Of a DNA stretch of 64,000 nucleotides, positions 19,864-33,983 are shown one piece after another. Under the pieces are notes generated by a model that was not told the DNA's origin, did no database searches, and saw nothing but the letters and a program-made list of their open reading frames with translations. Source of the DNA: Takakia lepidozioides (lineage: Eukaryota > Plantae > Bryophyta); the NCBI GenBank assembly GCA_030704615.1, contig CM060732.1, positions 30,814,001 to 30,878,000 of the forward strand, in the 5' to 3' direction. The position numbers and the translations under genes were made by a program. How positions within the stretch are numbered: the first letter of the stretch is position 1; every line of letters begins with the position of its first letter.

Positions 19864-20375
19864 AATAATAGGGTCTTGAATGCACCTATGGGCCCGCCAG
19901 TACAGCCCCGGCCCTTGGGGGTGAGCTCATAAGCCCACCACCCATTCACCGGGTCGTTCTGAAATTTTTCTAAGTCCTTGTTCATCTACCGCGGCGGACC
20001 TTCTAGCGGACTGGGCGGACCCTCCAGCAAACCGACTCTAACCTTCTAGCGGACAGGCAGGCAGACCCTCCCGCAGACCTCCAATATACCCGCAGACTCT
20101 TCCACAAAATATATATTTAATATCACACATTACTGCCTCACTACAACATGAAATGATTTAAACACCAAACCTCCTGTTCATTAACCAGCACACTACCCTC
20201 CACTTTCTGCAAACCCCTACAATAACTAATGATTTATGTGTATATTGTGTGCCCAAGTGGACTAGCTCATGTGTTACGTGGGGCCCCAACAGACCAGCTT
20301 GCCGGGCAGGCCTAGCAGGCCTAGGTAAATTAGGGGCGCTCCCTCAGCCACACGCGCATTCATGACCCTATTATT
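19864..20375. mobile_element. Non-autonomous DNA transposon (MITE, possibly hAT-like)
   Basis: 20-bp inverted repeats aataatagggtcttgaatgc / gcattcatgaccctattatt (1 mismatch); internal subterminal repeats gcggacc/ttctagcgga; TSD not resolved. Confidence 0.7.
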
Positions 20376-21914
20376 GTTCAATGAGAAGCATTGGGGTACC
20401 ACCCCCTCTTTCTTGAAATAAAAAAACAAAAGCAAAAACAAATACAAGTGTGATGGCTGTCAGCCTGTCCCTATGACTGTGGAGGTGCTGAGCACACTTG
20501 GGATAGCGAGGCCCGAAGATGGTCCCTCTCCCCCGCGAGATCCGAGCTGCACGGGCTTCCGATTCCTAGACCCCGTACAGACGAGATGCTTGTTCAAGAC
20601 CCAACTTCCGAATGGATGGCCTGTGCTTCGTCAAGGTGTGAAGGCGGCAGAGGCTCCTCGTCTAATAAGGCAGTCTCAGGGACAATCCTGCTGAAGGCCA
20701 TGTCGTCTTCATTTCTGTAGATGGTCGGAAAGACTTTAGATTATATGGTTACGCTGTGGAGCTTGCAAGTGTTGGCTACAAGGCCTTCCCAACTTGCAGG
20801 AGAAACGAAGGAAGGTAAGGAGATTTAACTCTCTGCCTGTTTTCTGGGGCCTCTAAACTGTGTACGGAGCACTTCCATGGTATTCTGGACAAAATTCCCG
20901 AAAGGACACCCAGTTTGACCGAAAGTGTTCATCTTAGGGTCGGAGTTGACAAATGTGGGTGTGTTTCCCACCCTTGTAGTCCTTTCACTGTCTCTTTCCG
21001 TAACTCTAAGATATCTTGAAACTTGAGAGATGGCTTGCTTGCAACCATTCGGGGAGATTACCTGCATGTTGAGAGCCATGACAATTCGAGGAACAAACAG
21101 TTTGAGTTCCCTCCTTGAATTGAAGTGACAGTGAGGGGTGTACGTGTTTGACCCTTCTTGCCAAATTTGGCTGTGATTACACGGGAACCAATTGTGCCGT
21201 TTCTACCAGGTAGGGTCTGGAAACTTTGCCTGCCGACGCTGTAGTTCTCGCGCGCAGCCAACCACAATCCACTTGAAGGAAATTGAATGTTGGTTTAAGG
21301 GCTGTTATGGAGATCCTGCTGCAAAATACTTGAAAGTCCTCCATCGTTAGCCACCAATGCCCACAATTTCCAAAAATGTGACGAATGTGGCGGTGATTGG
21401 CCGATCATTGGTTCTGTTCTTGAGAAAGGGCACATTGATTTTTGAAAAGCCTATCATTTCACAAGAGTCAGAATTACGAGCTTGTAAATAACTATGTGTC
21501 AAGGGTGTTGGCATGTAGGTCAAGGAACAAGCATAGAGCAGCTCTGGCAGGATTTATCCTCAGACCCTTCAGAGTGATGGGAGAACAGGTTTGAGAAGGT
21601 GATGCTATCGCCCTGTAGGATGTGAAGAGCTTGTTGAAGGATCTTGTGACCTCATCTGGCATGCTGACAGTATGTTGAGTGCTTGACGACAAAACAGCAT
21701 TTTGTTGTGAAAAGGCAAACCGATGCATACCGCCGATCTCAGTATGCCGTTCTTGCACATTTGCAGGGAACAGACTCTTAAGTTGTTCAAGGTTGTTCCA
21801 AACTATTGGAAAGATGCCTGGATCTTTGTGGGGTATACCGTCATCCATGGGAGACTCTGGTTGAAGCTATGACTGGTTGGCTACCCCTGCTGGTATTTAC
21901 AAGCCACTTCAAGT

Positions 21915-24870
21915 TCATGAGACTTTGGACACAAGCTCACGATGGAGGTCCTGTGGATTGAGTTGGTCAACTCCTCCTTGGGTGAAAGCAGAGCTAGCTG
22001 CCATAATACAAGGTGCGGGACAATCTGTGATGCTACAGACTATGGTCACAGGACAAACACCTGTGAAACACGGGCTGTGGCAGAATGTGAGTATCATTCA
22101 CAATCAGCCTGCCTTGAACGGTGGACATAGCAATTACGAGTTCCTTCAGCAGGTTCCCACATCTGTAGTTTTATTATTTTTGTTTGTTTTTGTGTGGGGG
22201 ACGCTGGGAATGAGCTCTGGCATAACAACTTGCAACAGTATTATCCAAAACTACACTTTTGGAAACTGGCGAAGTTATCACGTGCCTGTAGTTTTTGCGC
22301 CCAGGTGGGGGCAATGGTTTTTCTCAGATCCTTCACGGTGGTGGGACAAGACGATCTGATAGAGTAGGCCATCTTCATTTATGACAGGAAAGAGTCGGAG
22401 GGCTTCATGTCAATTAGACGGATCCAGTGGTCTTAGGTTCAAAGTTACACCTGGTTATTGGATGCAACACATTGTAGCTGACCCAGCCCTGGAAAGGGAG
22501 CCACTCTCACCTAGCAGCTTTAAGCCCTTGGGGAAGGATTGGGCAGTCGTGGCACATTGCCCAGGTTACAGCCGGCAGAAGTCTTCACCTTCCATTGGAA
22601 GATGACAGCCCTAGGGGGTGAACAGACATGCAAAATTACACTGGTTTTGGCATGGGCCCACCCTTTTTTCTTTGAATGCGATTGTGTCTCCGTCCAAGTA
22701 AGCTTTGCTTTGTCTCAAAAACCAGCAATTCTTGCTATGAATAGGTTGCGCTTTTCATGTCAGCAAGGCATGAAGGTAGGTTGCTCAAGGTTGTTCCCTG
22801 CTATTCAAGAGATGGAGCTTCTTTGGTTGTAGCCTGGTGTATGCAATGTGGGGATTGAAGGTATGACTGCTCCTATGGGGTGGTTACACAGAAAAGTCCG
22901 AGATCGCCACATGTCAGACATGAGTGGACAAGGGAGGCCCCGTGGATTAAGGGTTTGTTGAACCCTCCTTCAGTAAAAGCAGAGCTTATTGCAATCAGAC
23001 AAGGTCAAGCACAGTCTGGTGATAATCCAGAATATTGTCAAAGGATAGAATCTGGGCAAGCACAGGCTGTGGACAAACTTGAGTATCACCCAAAATCGGC
23101 ATGGCTTGAAGGACCGACAGTGGGAGTCAACAGTACCTCTTCTCACCCTTGCGGGGATGTGAGGATACTATGCAAGGAAGGACGTTTGAAAGAGGCACTG
23201 CACATTTTGAACAAACGAGGCATTCGTGCAGATACGAATACTTATGTTTGTGTCTTGCAGGCTTGCATCAAGATGAAAGGCCTATTAGAGGGAAAACAGG
23301 TGCATGCGCACATTATCCAAAGTGGATACATACCGAACACCTTTCTTCTGAACACCCTCATCAACATGTATGCCAAGTGTGGGAGCATGGTTGAGGCACA
23401 TAAAGTGTTTGACAAGATTCCTGAGCGAGATGTGTTTACGTGGAATGTAATGATAGGAGGATATGCCAAGCATGGGTGTGATAGGGAGGCGTTCCAGATG
23501 TATGATCTAATGCAACGGCAAGTGGTGATGCCCAACATGGTTACATTCACTTGTGTTCTCAATGCATGTGCCAGCCTGGGAATCCTGGAAAAGGGCAAAG
23601 AGGTCCACGCTGACATCATTAGAAGTACAATTGTGCAAGATGTTATTCTGCAGAATGCTCTTGTCAACATGTATGCGAAATGTGGGAGTATGAAGGATGC
23701 TTGCCAAGTGTTCAACAAGATGGCCCAACGAGATGTGGTCTCTTGGAACGCCATGACCACTGGATATACTCAGCATGGTTGTGGTAGGGAGGCTTTTGAG
23801 ATCTATGAGCACATGCAACAGGAAGGGGTGATGCCTAACAGGGTCACATTCACTTGTGTTCTCAAAGCATGTGCCAGCCTAGGTGCACTGGAAAGTGGCA
23901 GAAAGGTGCATAGGGACATAATCAAAGCTGGGATTTCACTAGATATTATTCTTGAGAATGCCCTCATCAACATGTATGCCGATTGCGGGAGTGTGAAGGA
24001 AGCGCAACAAGTGTTCAGCAGTATGGCTCAACACGATGTTGTTTCATGGAGTGCGATGATAGCAGGATATGCTGAGCACGAATGTGGTAGGGAGGCTTTC
24101 GAGACCTATGAGCAAATGATAGTGGAAGGGGTGACTCCCAATGAGGTCACGTTCATTTCCTTACTCAATGTGTGTTCCAGCCTGGCATCCCTGGAAAAGG
24201 GCATAGAGGTCCATGCTGCCATTATCAAGGCTGGGATTGTGCCAAATGCCATACTGGAGACTGCCCTGGTGGACATGTACTGCAAAGGTGGGAGCATGAA
24301 GAATGCCCGGGGAGTATTCAACGGTATGGCTAAACGTGATCTAGTGTCATGGAATGCGATGATTCGTGGATATGCTCAACATGGATGTGGTAGGGAGGTT
24401 CTCCAACTATTCGAAAAAATGCAATGGGAAGGTTTGAAGCCAAACAATGCAACTTTTTTATGTCTTCTTTCTGCATGCAGCCATGTAGGCCTAGTGGATG
24501 AAGGCCAGCACTACTTCAAAGCCATGAGGCATCATCATGGCCTCACTCCTACACTGGAACATTTTGGCTGCATGGTGGACCTTCTTGGCCGTGCTGGGCA
24601 CTTGGATGAGGCAGAGGACTTCATTAACAGAATGTCAATTGAACCAGGTGCTTATGTGTGGGGGGCCTTGCTTGGTGCCTGCAGAATTCATGGCAATGTG
24701 GAGATCGCAGAGCATGCGGCAAAATGCCTTCTCAACTGTGATCCAGAGCATGCTTCCACTTATTTGCTGATCTAAAACTTGTTTTGTGGTAGCTGGTAGG
24801 TAAGATGATAAGGCAAAGGTAAAAAAATGGAGGGCAGCTATGTCAAAAAGGAGCAGGGCACAACTGCATT
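21915..24870 (+). pseudogene. PLS-class PPR gene (ORF 22880-24775) truncated in E2, with no DYW domain; degenerate PDF-motif exons upstream
   Basis: P-L-S triplets, then L2-S2-E1; premature TAA at TYLLI*, followed by a frameshifted remnant (AGR*DDKAKV..KKEQG); upstream DFGHKLTMEVLWIE/PPWVKAEL (21921-21995), FFSDPSRWWDK (22318-22350), KSPRSPHVRHEWTREAPWI (22892-). Confidence 0.85.
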
Positions 24871-25962
24871 TAGGTTGACAGCACAGTCCTTGTCCTGGCT
24901 TTCTTCCATGCCTGGTATCTAATGTATGATTTACCCTTATAAAAATACATAGGGTGCATTAAAAGACCTTGCTCTGAAACAATTTTACACAAATTCATGA
25001 ATTGGGGGTGGTATCCATTTTCTGGCAACCGGGCAAGCAAAACTAGCAGCAAACTTAGAATGTTGGGCAGGGAAGATGCTATCAAGGTTAAATGAATTTC
25101 TGGCCGTGACCCAATGGGTGGCCAGCTGTTGGGGGGCTTCTTGAGACCTTAATTACCGGACCGAGATGGAATTCCTCACGAGAGATCACCTTGGGGCAAC
25201 CTGCATGATCTGCGCACAATTCACACATTTGGACTTGTCCGCATGATTGTTTCCAAGCTAGAATGTCTTTGCAACGTTCGGGGCATGTTGACCGCTCGGA
25301 TTGGGCACCTAGGTCCATGTTTTTGGCTCAAATGGCCTTTGATGGCTCATGAATGCACAAACTGGGAGAGGTGTGGGGTAAAGATGTGGGTCCACCATCT
25401 AAAGCTGCGGAGTAGTGTAACAAAAAACTTGCTTCAAATTGCATGCATCCATCTAGTTTTATATTGCAATATCCCTAGAAATCTATGAGCCTTGTTATTT
25501 AATTCATAGAACATTATGCGGGTTCCAAAGTATGTGCATCTCTTGTTGCAGATTTGAGCTATATCCTCAACACCACAATATCCATTAAAGTATCGATATA
25601 TCTTCACTCACAGTTTAAGGTAGTCACCAATTTTGTCAACACCATAACCATATTTTTTCTTTTCAAAGCAGAATCATGCTCACTAAACAGCCTTTTACAC
25701 GGGTGTACAAAATGAGAGGTTCATATACTATCTGAGCAAGGGGCCCAAAAATCATGTGATGCTTTTGAGATCACCACTTCCGGATTCCACTTGCAGCACT
25801 GTAGAGGGAGAGGTGCAAAGAATAGACGAGCTAGTCAAAATGACCACTTGCTGGCTTGAATGAATGCAACATCATTGGACTCAACTATACACACTGCAAT
25901 GTTGTCATCAGCAAACATAGCAGTCAATACAAGAGATCAGGTCTCAATCTGCTTGCATGGCA

Positions 25963-28900
25963 TTAGGATGAGGCAGCAGTGGTGGCTCGCCGACTAGGAA
26001 GGGGTATGTACTGATGTAGAAATGCCATTGCTGCTCCTGCAATGCTCTTCACTGCCGTCTGTCTGGGCCACCATGACCATGAAGGATCATTCAGCGCCCG
26101 TACTGAGTTCAAACACACCAGCAACGTCCCACCTTCATGCAGAAGAACCTACAAGCAAATGAAAACGGGATTAGCCTATTTTTACCACCACAATATGCTT
26201 TCTAGTACCATTATCCTTTCCAGACCTCCCAGCAAGACTCAAATCAACCTTTGTAACCTGAACGCCGTCAACTATGCAACAGCTTTCAGATGATTTTCAT
26301 GCTGACAAGCAATTCTGGAAGGAGAGTATCATCTGGTAATCATGCCAACCTCCACATCCATAGGTTGAATCTCACTCTCACACTGGCCACTAGGCGGCAG
26401 TTCCATCTAGGCATTGGCTACCTCCCTTTACAGGATGCGTTAACTCAGCTGAAAACAAGGATTCAGGCACATCCAGGAGGATGATGGTCAGGATAGTGAA
26501 CAATTGTAATGTGTTGTGATGGGTACTCCTCATAATGAGAAGACCACTTTGAGGGCCTCAAACACCCTGTCAGTGAGCTCAAGACAATGTGGAAACTGGT
26601 GGCTAATTCTGGGCAGCAGCTCCACATCAAATGCTATGGGGAAGAGTACTACTTAGAGCATCATAGTTCCCCAAGTTAAGCACATAAGCACAACAAAGAG
26701 AAATCCTTTCTGCGAGTGGCACTGTGCTCTCCTTCTAATGAGAACTTATGAGTGATGGACTGATTTCCTCCAAATAATCTTTTGAGGATCAAATACCCAT
26801 TCTCTCACCTCCAGCCGTTGCCCCTCTTGTTCTTGCTATGTTCAAACAGGGCATGTGGTCTACAAGAGTATAGCAATCTGAACCTAATGAGGACGTCTTT
26901 CTCTCTTTCTTTCTGCACTTGGGCTACGGCAAACGTCTTATGAGTACATTCTTTCTGCACTTGGTTGTAACTGGCAGCACGCTCAGAACCCAAAGTCACA
27001 TCTGTGTAAAGGGTAAAGAACAATAGCCGTGCTGGTAGCAGATTATGACCCAGCAATAAATCAGAGGCTCACTCCCTGTGCCCAGTGGTCATCCCACAGG
27101 AACCATGGACTCTGCATCACACTAAATTTTTTTCCCCCTGTCACTGAAAGACCTCTTATTCATTCTTTCATTGATAAGTACGCACCGTTAGCCAAAGAGG
27201 TAGGAAGCCCATCACAGAAGGAAGACCAGCCAAAAAGATGCAAGAAAGAGCAAGTGCTACGCTCTGCTTAACCTGCACATCACATTGGGACATCATCAGT
27301 CTATCATAGTCACCATATTTGTGTTCCAATCAGCACTAACCTCAACTCAGCACAAAGCAGGTAAAAGAATTAGCATAACCCATCCTTGCAAGAAGCCAGT
27401 AACCTTGAGGGACACTAGGCTCTTAGGGTCTGTTCCAATTGACCAGGAAAGCAAGGAACCATGGGTAGCCAGAGTTGTGAATGGAAACATATTGTCATAA
27501 ATGTTACGGTTCGGAATTCGCATGACGAGAGGATGGGGCTTTCCTGGATACAGCTCTCTGTATCTAATGGTCTGTCTCGGGGGACGCTAAGATCTCTCTG
27601 ACCATTCTCATCAGAGAGTGACCCTCCTCAGGACCATCACGAACACTCTGCACCTCTGTTCACCAACTTTCAAAAGCTCGAGGCTGAGCCTAAGGCCCTG
27701 GCCCTGTTGGGATCTAATTGCTGGACTGATCACACACAGCAGATTGGTGCTTGTGTTCCCTCTTGTTCTGCCCAAAACTGGGTGTTGGGTCTATGGCTAC
27801 AAGGCTACGGCAAACAACGTCTCGTGAGCACATTCTGTTTTTGTCTATGTCTCTCTCTCTCTTTCTACCCTCGAACTGAGCTTGGTATCCACCAACAAGG
27901 TTATGGCAAGGACAGTTCTTGATAGGTTACTACTTGCCTGCAATAAGACCTACTGCCAACATCCTTGTCCTCTGCATGGACAATCAAGTGACCATGTCTT
28001 ACCAAAGAAGTGGTTTGGTGTGCTTTAGCAATGACAAATGGAACTCCATCAATGGCATTCTGAAGAAGAAGCACATCAGCAACAGCCACAGCTGTTGCAC
28101 TAGCATTCTGGGCCAAAACTATTCCGACAGTCGCAGCTGCCAAGGCAGGGGCATCATTGATACCATCCCCTACCATTATCAACCCCCTTGATGCTGCACA
28201 CCACATAAACCCATCCCAGCTACAGGTTAGTTCCCCTAAGCAGGTTATTGCTTAGCAAGAAATATGACACATTTGAATCAAGCAGTCTGGGTGAAAAGAA
28301 GGAAACGGTACAACACCATTCTGCTGTGACAAATGCTTGACTTGTTGAAGCTTGTCCTCAGGCCGAAGTCCCCAGTGAAATTCGTCAATACCAACCGTTT
28401 TTGCCACCCTCTCGGCACTGGCCAAATGATCCCCGGTTAACATTAACACGCGCAAGCCAGCTTGCACTTTGAGTGCCTCAACCACCGAAGCAGCATGAGG
28501 CCTCAATTGATCCTCAAAATGGAACAGTGTCACCTGTAGAAGTCCAGTCCTTCATCAATGTTAAAGGCATCTTCCACCAACCAATCAACTGTCTCCAGTA
28601 CACACCTCATAATATACTGTTTTCATAATCCCCAAAATCTGATTCATAAGACACGGAACCCCATTCTTAAGGAATAGACTGAAAAAACAATGAGGATTCA
28701 ATTACCCCCACGTGGGGATCAGTACTTCCAGTGACATCATTTCTTACATACACCTGTCTGTGTCCCACAGATCCTTTAAATCTGACCAGACTAGGGCGGG
28801 TATTCGTCTTCCCCACACAACCTTCAATCAGCTGGCAAGTAGAATAGTGACTCATGAATGAGTTTCAAGATCCTGAGATTGCTGTGTGTGTTTCACCTTC

Positions 28901-31900
28901 TTATTCACTGACAGTGCTGCCCTGATCAAATCGTTGCTGTATGTGGATGCACTAGCTGCCTCTTTTATCTTGGTTGATTCCCATGTACTCCTGCTTGATG
29001 ATGCCACATATTCCAATGACCCCAATCTTGCCTTGTATGCTCCCTTGTCCCCTGCCTATCCCACCCTCTCTGTGTCATCAAGTCTGCAGAGATGATCGTG
29101 CTTCCATCATTGTACATTTATCATTAAAAGAACATCGTGACAACTATCGCATTTGCAGACTCTAGTACGACCTCATCATTTAGACCACATTCAAGAGATT
29201 TGAGAGATTGAGAGAGAGCACCCTGCAGGTTCAAGCATCCTGGCTGTACATTAGGCTTTAAGGGAAACAGTATAAAAAGAACAAGGGACCAGTGATTCCA
29301 TTTGCTGGCACACACTCGCATCCCATAATAATACTGTTTATGTGCCCCAACAGATCCTTGAAAACGAAAAGAAGAAAGACCCTCCAGAAAAGTGGTAACA
29401 AGCAAAGAGGTCCTTGAATGGACACGAGGACCACCTCTAAATTCGATACACTGGCCACCAGTCCTTGTCCGGGAACAGCTTCAAAGTCATCAATAGACAC
29501 AACAGGCAGCTCCTTTCCTTGAGAGTGGCCCACTACTGCCCTGATCCATACAGCACAATGGCTTCAGAAAAGAAAAGCCTCAACAGCCTGTATAATCAGT
29601 GGCTCTGCTTGGTTTAACTATCTGCATCGAAAATTGTATTTGGGCCCAAAGCATAAACCCTCCCCTTGGTTCAGAGCCACTAAGCTTCTACTCCCCACCC
29701 TCCCCCCCCGGCCCCCCCCCCACCCAATCATCAGCCTGGATTTCTGTCACTATCAGTAGCTACAAGAGATGGAGAGACAGCTTCCAACATCCATGCAGAA
29801 TGTTTTTCATGCCATCTTCCAACCATCTGCATACGAGAAAACTAACCCCTGTGCCATAGAGTTTCACACCGCATGACAAGAGGTGAGCATCACCGAGCTA
29901 TAGGATGCGTTGCACCACGTTCCATGGCTGCAGCAACAGCAAGTGCCTCCATTTCACAGCTAGGGCTACAACAAGTTTGCACATGTCCACGGAGTGGCTC
30001 AATTGCTTTGCAAACGAGATCCCCTGTTGTCAAAGTACCAGTTTTGTCAAATGCAACTATATTGCAGGTCGCGAGGGCATCTAGCGCCTCTCCACCTTTC
30101 AAAAGGATTCCCTGCCCAAGAAACTTTCGATTAGCGTCGATCAAACAAAACAAGAGACGATTCCAGGCATGAACCTCCCCCACACAACTTGAACATTCCT
30201 GCTAGTATCACAAGCAAGTCCAGAGGCTCCTAAACGTCCTTTCTCACAAGCAAACAGACAGCAGAATACAAGAGCAGCGAGACAGTAGAAGACTTCATAG
30301 TTTCCATGTCAGAGAATCCCGTATGCATGTACCTTTCTAGCACAAGCACTGATGGCAGTCGCATATGCAAGAGGAGCAACTGCTAAAGCACATGGGGATG
30401 CAGCTACCATCAGCCCTAATGCTCGATAGAGCGAACCCCGCACACCTGGACAGCATTAACAAGCAGCCACTGCCAGTCAGTGCAAGTCCAGCCCATCTGT
30501 TCAGCAGGACCAGCAACTGCCAGTTGATGCAGTAACTCCCACCAAAAAGACATTGTAATCCTCATAAATCTTCCACCCGAAGAACTTCGCCACTCTTAAG
30601 TAGAGGTCCTAAAGACCTAGCAGGCGACTGAAATAGAGGCAGGGAGAAGGCTTAGTAAAACTTTGACCAGCAAGGCGGAGATACTAACCAACCTGAAGAT
30701 CCAACAAAGGGCCATCTGAAGACAATCGGGCCCAGCAAAGCTACAGCCAGTGACATTGCAACCACCGCTTGACTGTAGCGTTCGCCAAACTCATCTAGCC
30801 AGCGTTGCAGCTTGGGCCTGCTTGCTTGTGCCTCCTCTGTTAATTTCACAATGCGTGCCACTGTTGACTCACGCCATGTCCGTGTAGCCTAGTCCACATC
30901 ATATGACGTAGAATCAACAAGCAAAGCAGACATGGAAAAATCTAGACATATATAAGAACGGACAGATGTCCAGCTAGTGCTAACTTCACCTGTTGCATCA
31001 AAGGCCTGCAGGAACTGTCCAAAAGTAGGTGTGATCTGATGGCTGCAGAACAGGCAAGTCTCCCTTCAGGGCTGTATGTCCATGGCTCGAAGTGCCAAAC
31101 ACTCAAAGATGTCTAAACATCTCATTCATAGAACCATCCATTGTCATTTCGACGCTGAAATACCTGTCTTACTGTTAATCATCGGCAACCTCAAACAATG
31201 TTGTTGTTCACTTTCTTACCATTGTACAAATATTCACTTCAGGCCATGACTCTAGAGCACTATCATACCTGCACAATCATTAGGCCATCCAGATTGTGAG
31301 CTCCCCCAGGGACTAAGTCACCAACTTGCTTTTCCACAGGGGTGGATTCCCCTGTGAGATGCTCCACCGTGACTGTTGCTCTCCCTTGCCAAACCTCACC
31401 ATCCACCGGGACCACCTACAGTACAGTCAACAGTTTAAAACTATTGGTTTGTTCAATGCAGCTGCTCACAACATACCAATCTTACAAAATACCCTCATCC
31501 CCAGCATATTTTTGAAGAAACATACCTCACCCGCTTTCACAAGGACATATGAGCCGACGACAACCTCAGACACAGGTAGCTGTTTGTAAGCAAGTGCTGA
31601 AATGGGAGGGGGAGCTGAAGTATCAAAGTCCTCTAAAACAAGTGCAAACTCCGGGTTGCTAGCTTTTAGGGCCTTCACATCACCCATTGCTCGGGCTGTA
31701 AAATAGTCTTCCGCTGCATGCACAACACACCACTTTTGTGACCACCCTTTTCATACTGGCCACTCCATTCAGATGGAGTGAGAGAGAACAATGAGACAAA
31801 ACTCATAGGGCAGGCCCAGATGAGACATTAAACCAGCTCTGAGAGCCAGCTGTAGCATTTCAGTACACTAGGGCATATGAGCCTTTTGCCATTGAGCTCC

Positions 31901-33983
31901 CACACAAAGACAACAAACTTGCTACAGAGAATTACGAGTTATATATGCACTAACATCCACATTGAGAAAGCATAAGGTCTGTTACAGCCCTGCTGGTCTA
32001 GCCTTCTGGCTTAAAACAGATGCGAGCTGCCAGTCACATTTTCGAAGAAAAAGGGCAGACAGAGAGACATATAGACATTTACTTATTGACTGCCTCTCTG
32101 CACATATTGTCAATGACATGCACTTCCATGTCTCCCACTTATCAGCCACGGCACTGGTTGTGGGGTTACAGCCTCCAAAAATATGAGACTCGCCTCACAA
32201 TTGCCACAGCTGACACCAATAGGCTTAAGAGGTATCTGATGTACAAACTGGTTGGAACATCATGCTTCAAAAATAAATGGCAGGGAGAGAGAGAAAATAC
32301 AAAGAAGAGGAGACTTTTCCCAAATTACGTCACCTCATGCAAGGCACCCTGCAAGTCTTTGCAAGAAGCAACACATTACTTACCAAGATGAGACAGACTG
32401 AACATGGCAAGAAGAAGGCCCCCTTCCAACACATTCCCCATAAACACTGATGCTAATGCTGCAAATGCCATGAGAACATGAATGTTTATCCTTCCTCCTG
32501 CAACATCAGTGGCTGCATCTAGCAATGCTGGTACCTGCATCAGCCATCACTTAGGGAATGTCATTCTTAAATCTTATGAACAGACCACCCGTTCTTCAAA
32601 GGAAAACTTGCATAATGGCACATATTTTCCTGATGACCGAAACTTCAGAAACTGCTACCAAGAATCCACCTTCCAGAACAGCTTCAAATCTGACAATAAT
32701 TCAGCTCTGCTACGGGAAATGATTGAAGCTTGACTTAAAAGAAGGCCAATTTCATCACATGCTAGTGCAACCCAATTATCATCAACCCCTTGCCAAATGC
32801 TCTAAAATTTGAAGAAGTTGAGCAACATAGAGGCTAGCGTACTTGATAAGAAGTATGTTGATAACCAAACTGGCAATCAAAACAGTGTTAATCTTTGAAT
32901 TGGTCAACCTCTATATTTTGCGTCAATTGATGCACACCGCCCCCACTCCCCCCAAAAGAAAATTCAAATCCCCACTGCAATCTACAATGCCATCTAAAAT
33001 TCTTTTTACTCTGTGGATCAGCAACCGAATGGGTAAGGATTGCGTACTCCTGTGAGAGGGAGGGCCGGTATAACAAGGAGAGACTGGACGGAGGCAGCGA
33101 ACCGCCTCGGCAAAATGAAGGGAACAGCGGCGCCCAGCAAGAGGAGCACCATGGACACACAGCAGACAGTTAAATTGTCCCGCCATGCATCAGCAATTTT
33201 TGACAACCCCAGCACTTGCGCCAGACTTTGCAACATACGCTGGACTCCATTTAATTCCTCTGCGTGCAAGTGTCCATGCGCATGATGTTGATGTGATGCA
33301 TAAGAATGCGTGTGCTTATCTGACAAATGCTTATGATTATGTGATTCCAGGTGGTGCTCATGCTGTCTTGATTCATGAGCGTGCTTGTGTCCTGCCTCAC
33401 TGGTATAAGAATGCAGATTATTAGTCGGCTCTGCACCAACATTAGAGCAGACGTCGTTGCTTTCTATCTGTGACTTGGATTGGTTGTCACCAGGAGTGCC
33501 GTGATCATGATCGTCAAGAGGTGCAGGGCCATGGCGCGAAGCATCAGCCTGATGCTCCTCTTCAACATTCTCACCTGGATCCTCTTCATGTTCGTGGTGA
33601 ACACCACCATTGGCTAAGTTCTGAGAACACAGGGCGAGCACCACACGAGCTGCAAGGGAAGCACCCAAAAGATACTTATAAACTCCATGGCCGGGATGAA
33701 CCGCTCCCCCACGAAGAAGATGCCTGTCATGCCCAGCGCCTTGTATTCTGTCTACCCTGCCAGATTGCAGGCATCTGTAACCATGGCCCCGGCACCTTGC
33801 AACTCCAGATGACCAGATTGTCGATGTCAACCGACCATGTCGATGCGCAAACGAGCGGTTGTGAGGCTTGAGCACAGGGCTTGCGGTTGTCGACGAACCA
33901 GTCGAGGTGGAAACGGGGCCGGAGAAGAGCTTTATGAATGGCCGGGGATCAAGCACAGGACAAGCAGCAGAGAAGGGAAACAT
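25963..33983 (-). CDS. HMA1: Chloroplast heavy-metal P1B-4 ATPase (HMA1-like), about 13 exons; last two exons 27186-27272 and 25963-26148
   Basis: Transit-peptide-like start and His-rich N-terminus (33052-33983); AASPCALAVAPLAY (~30350-30410), FDKTGTLT (~30030-30050), MVGDGINDAPALA (~28150), VLLHEGGTLLVCLNS (~26110-26148). SPC plus HEGG is the P1B-4 signature. Confidence 0.95.
27430..27836 (+). mobile_element. 5'-truncated LINE 3' end inside an HMA1 intron
   Basis: Similar to 38720-39100 (-), 58293-58470 and 60950-61100 (-); ends in atggctacaaggctacggcaaacaacgtctcgtgagcacattc. Confidence 0.65.

Noticed and set aside
33280-33620. His-rich tract in HMA1 as a novelty
   Set aside because: An N-terminal His-rich region is a known feature of HMA1-type ATPases
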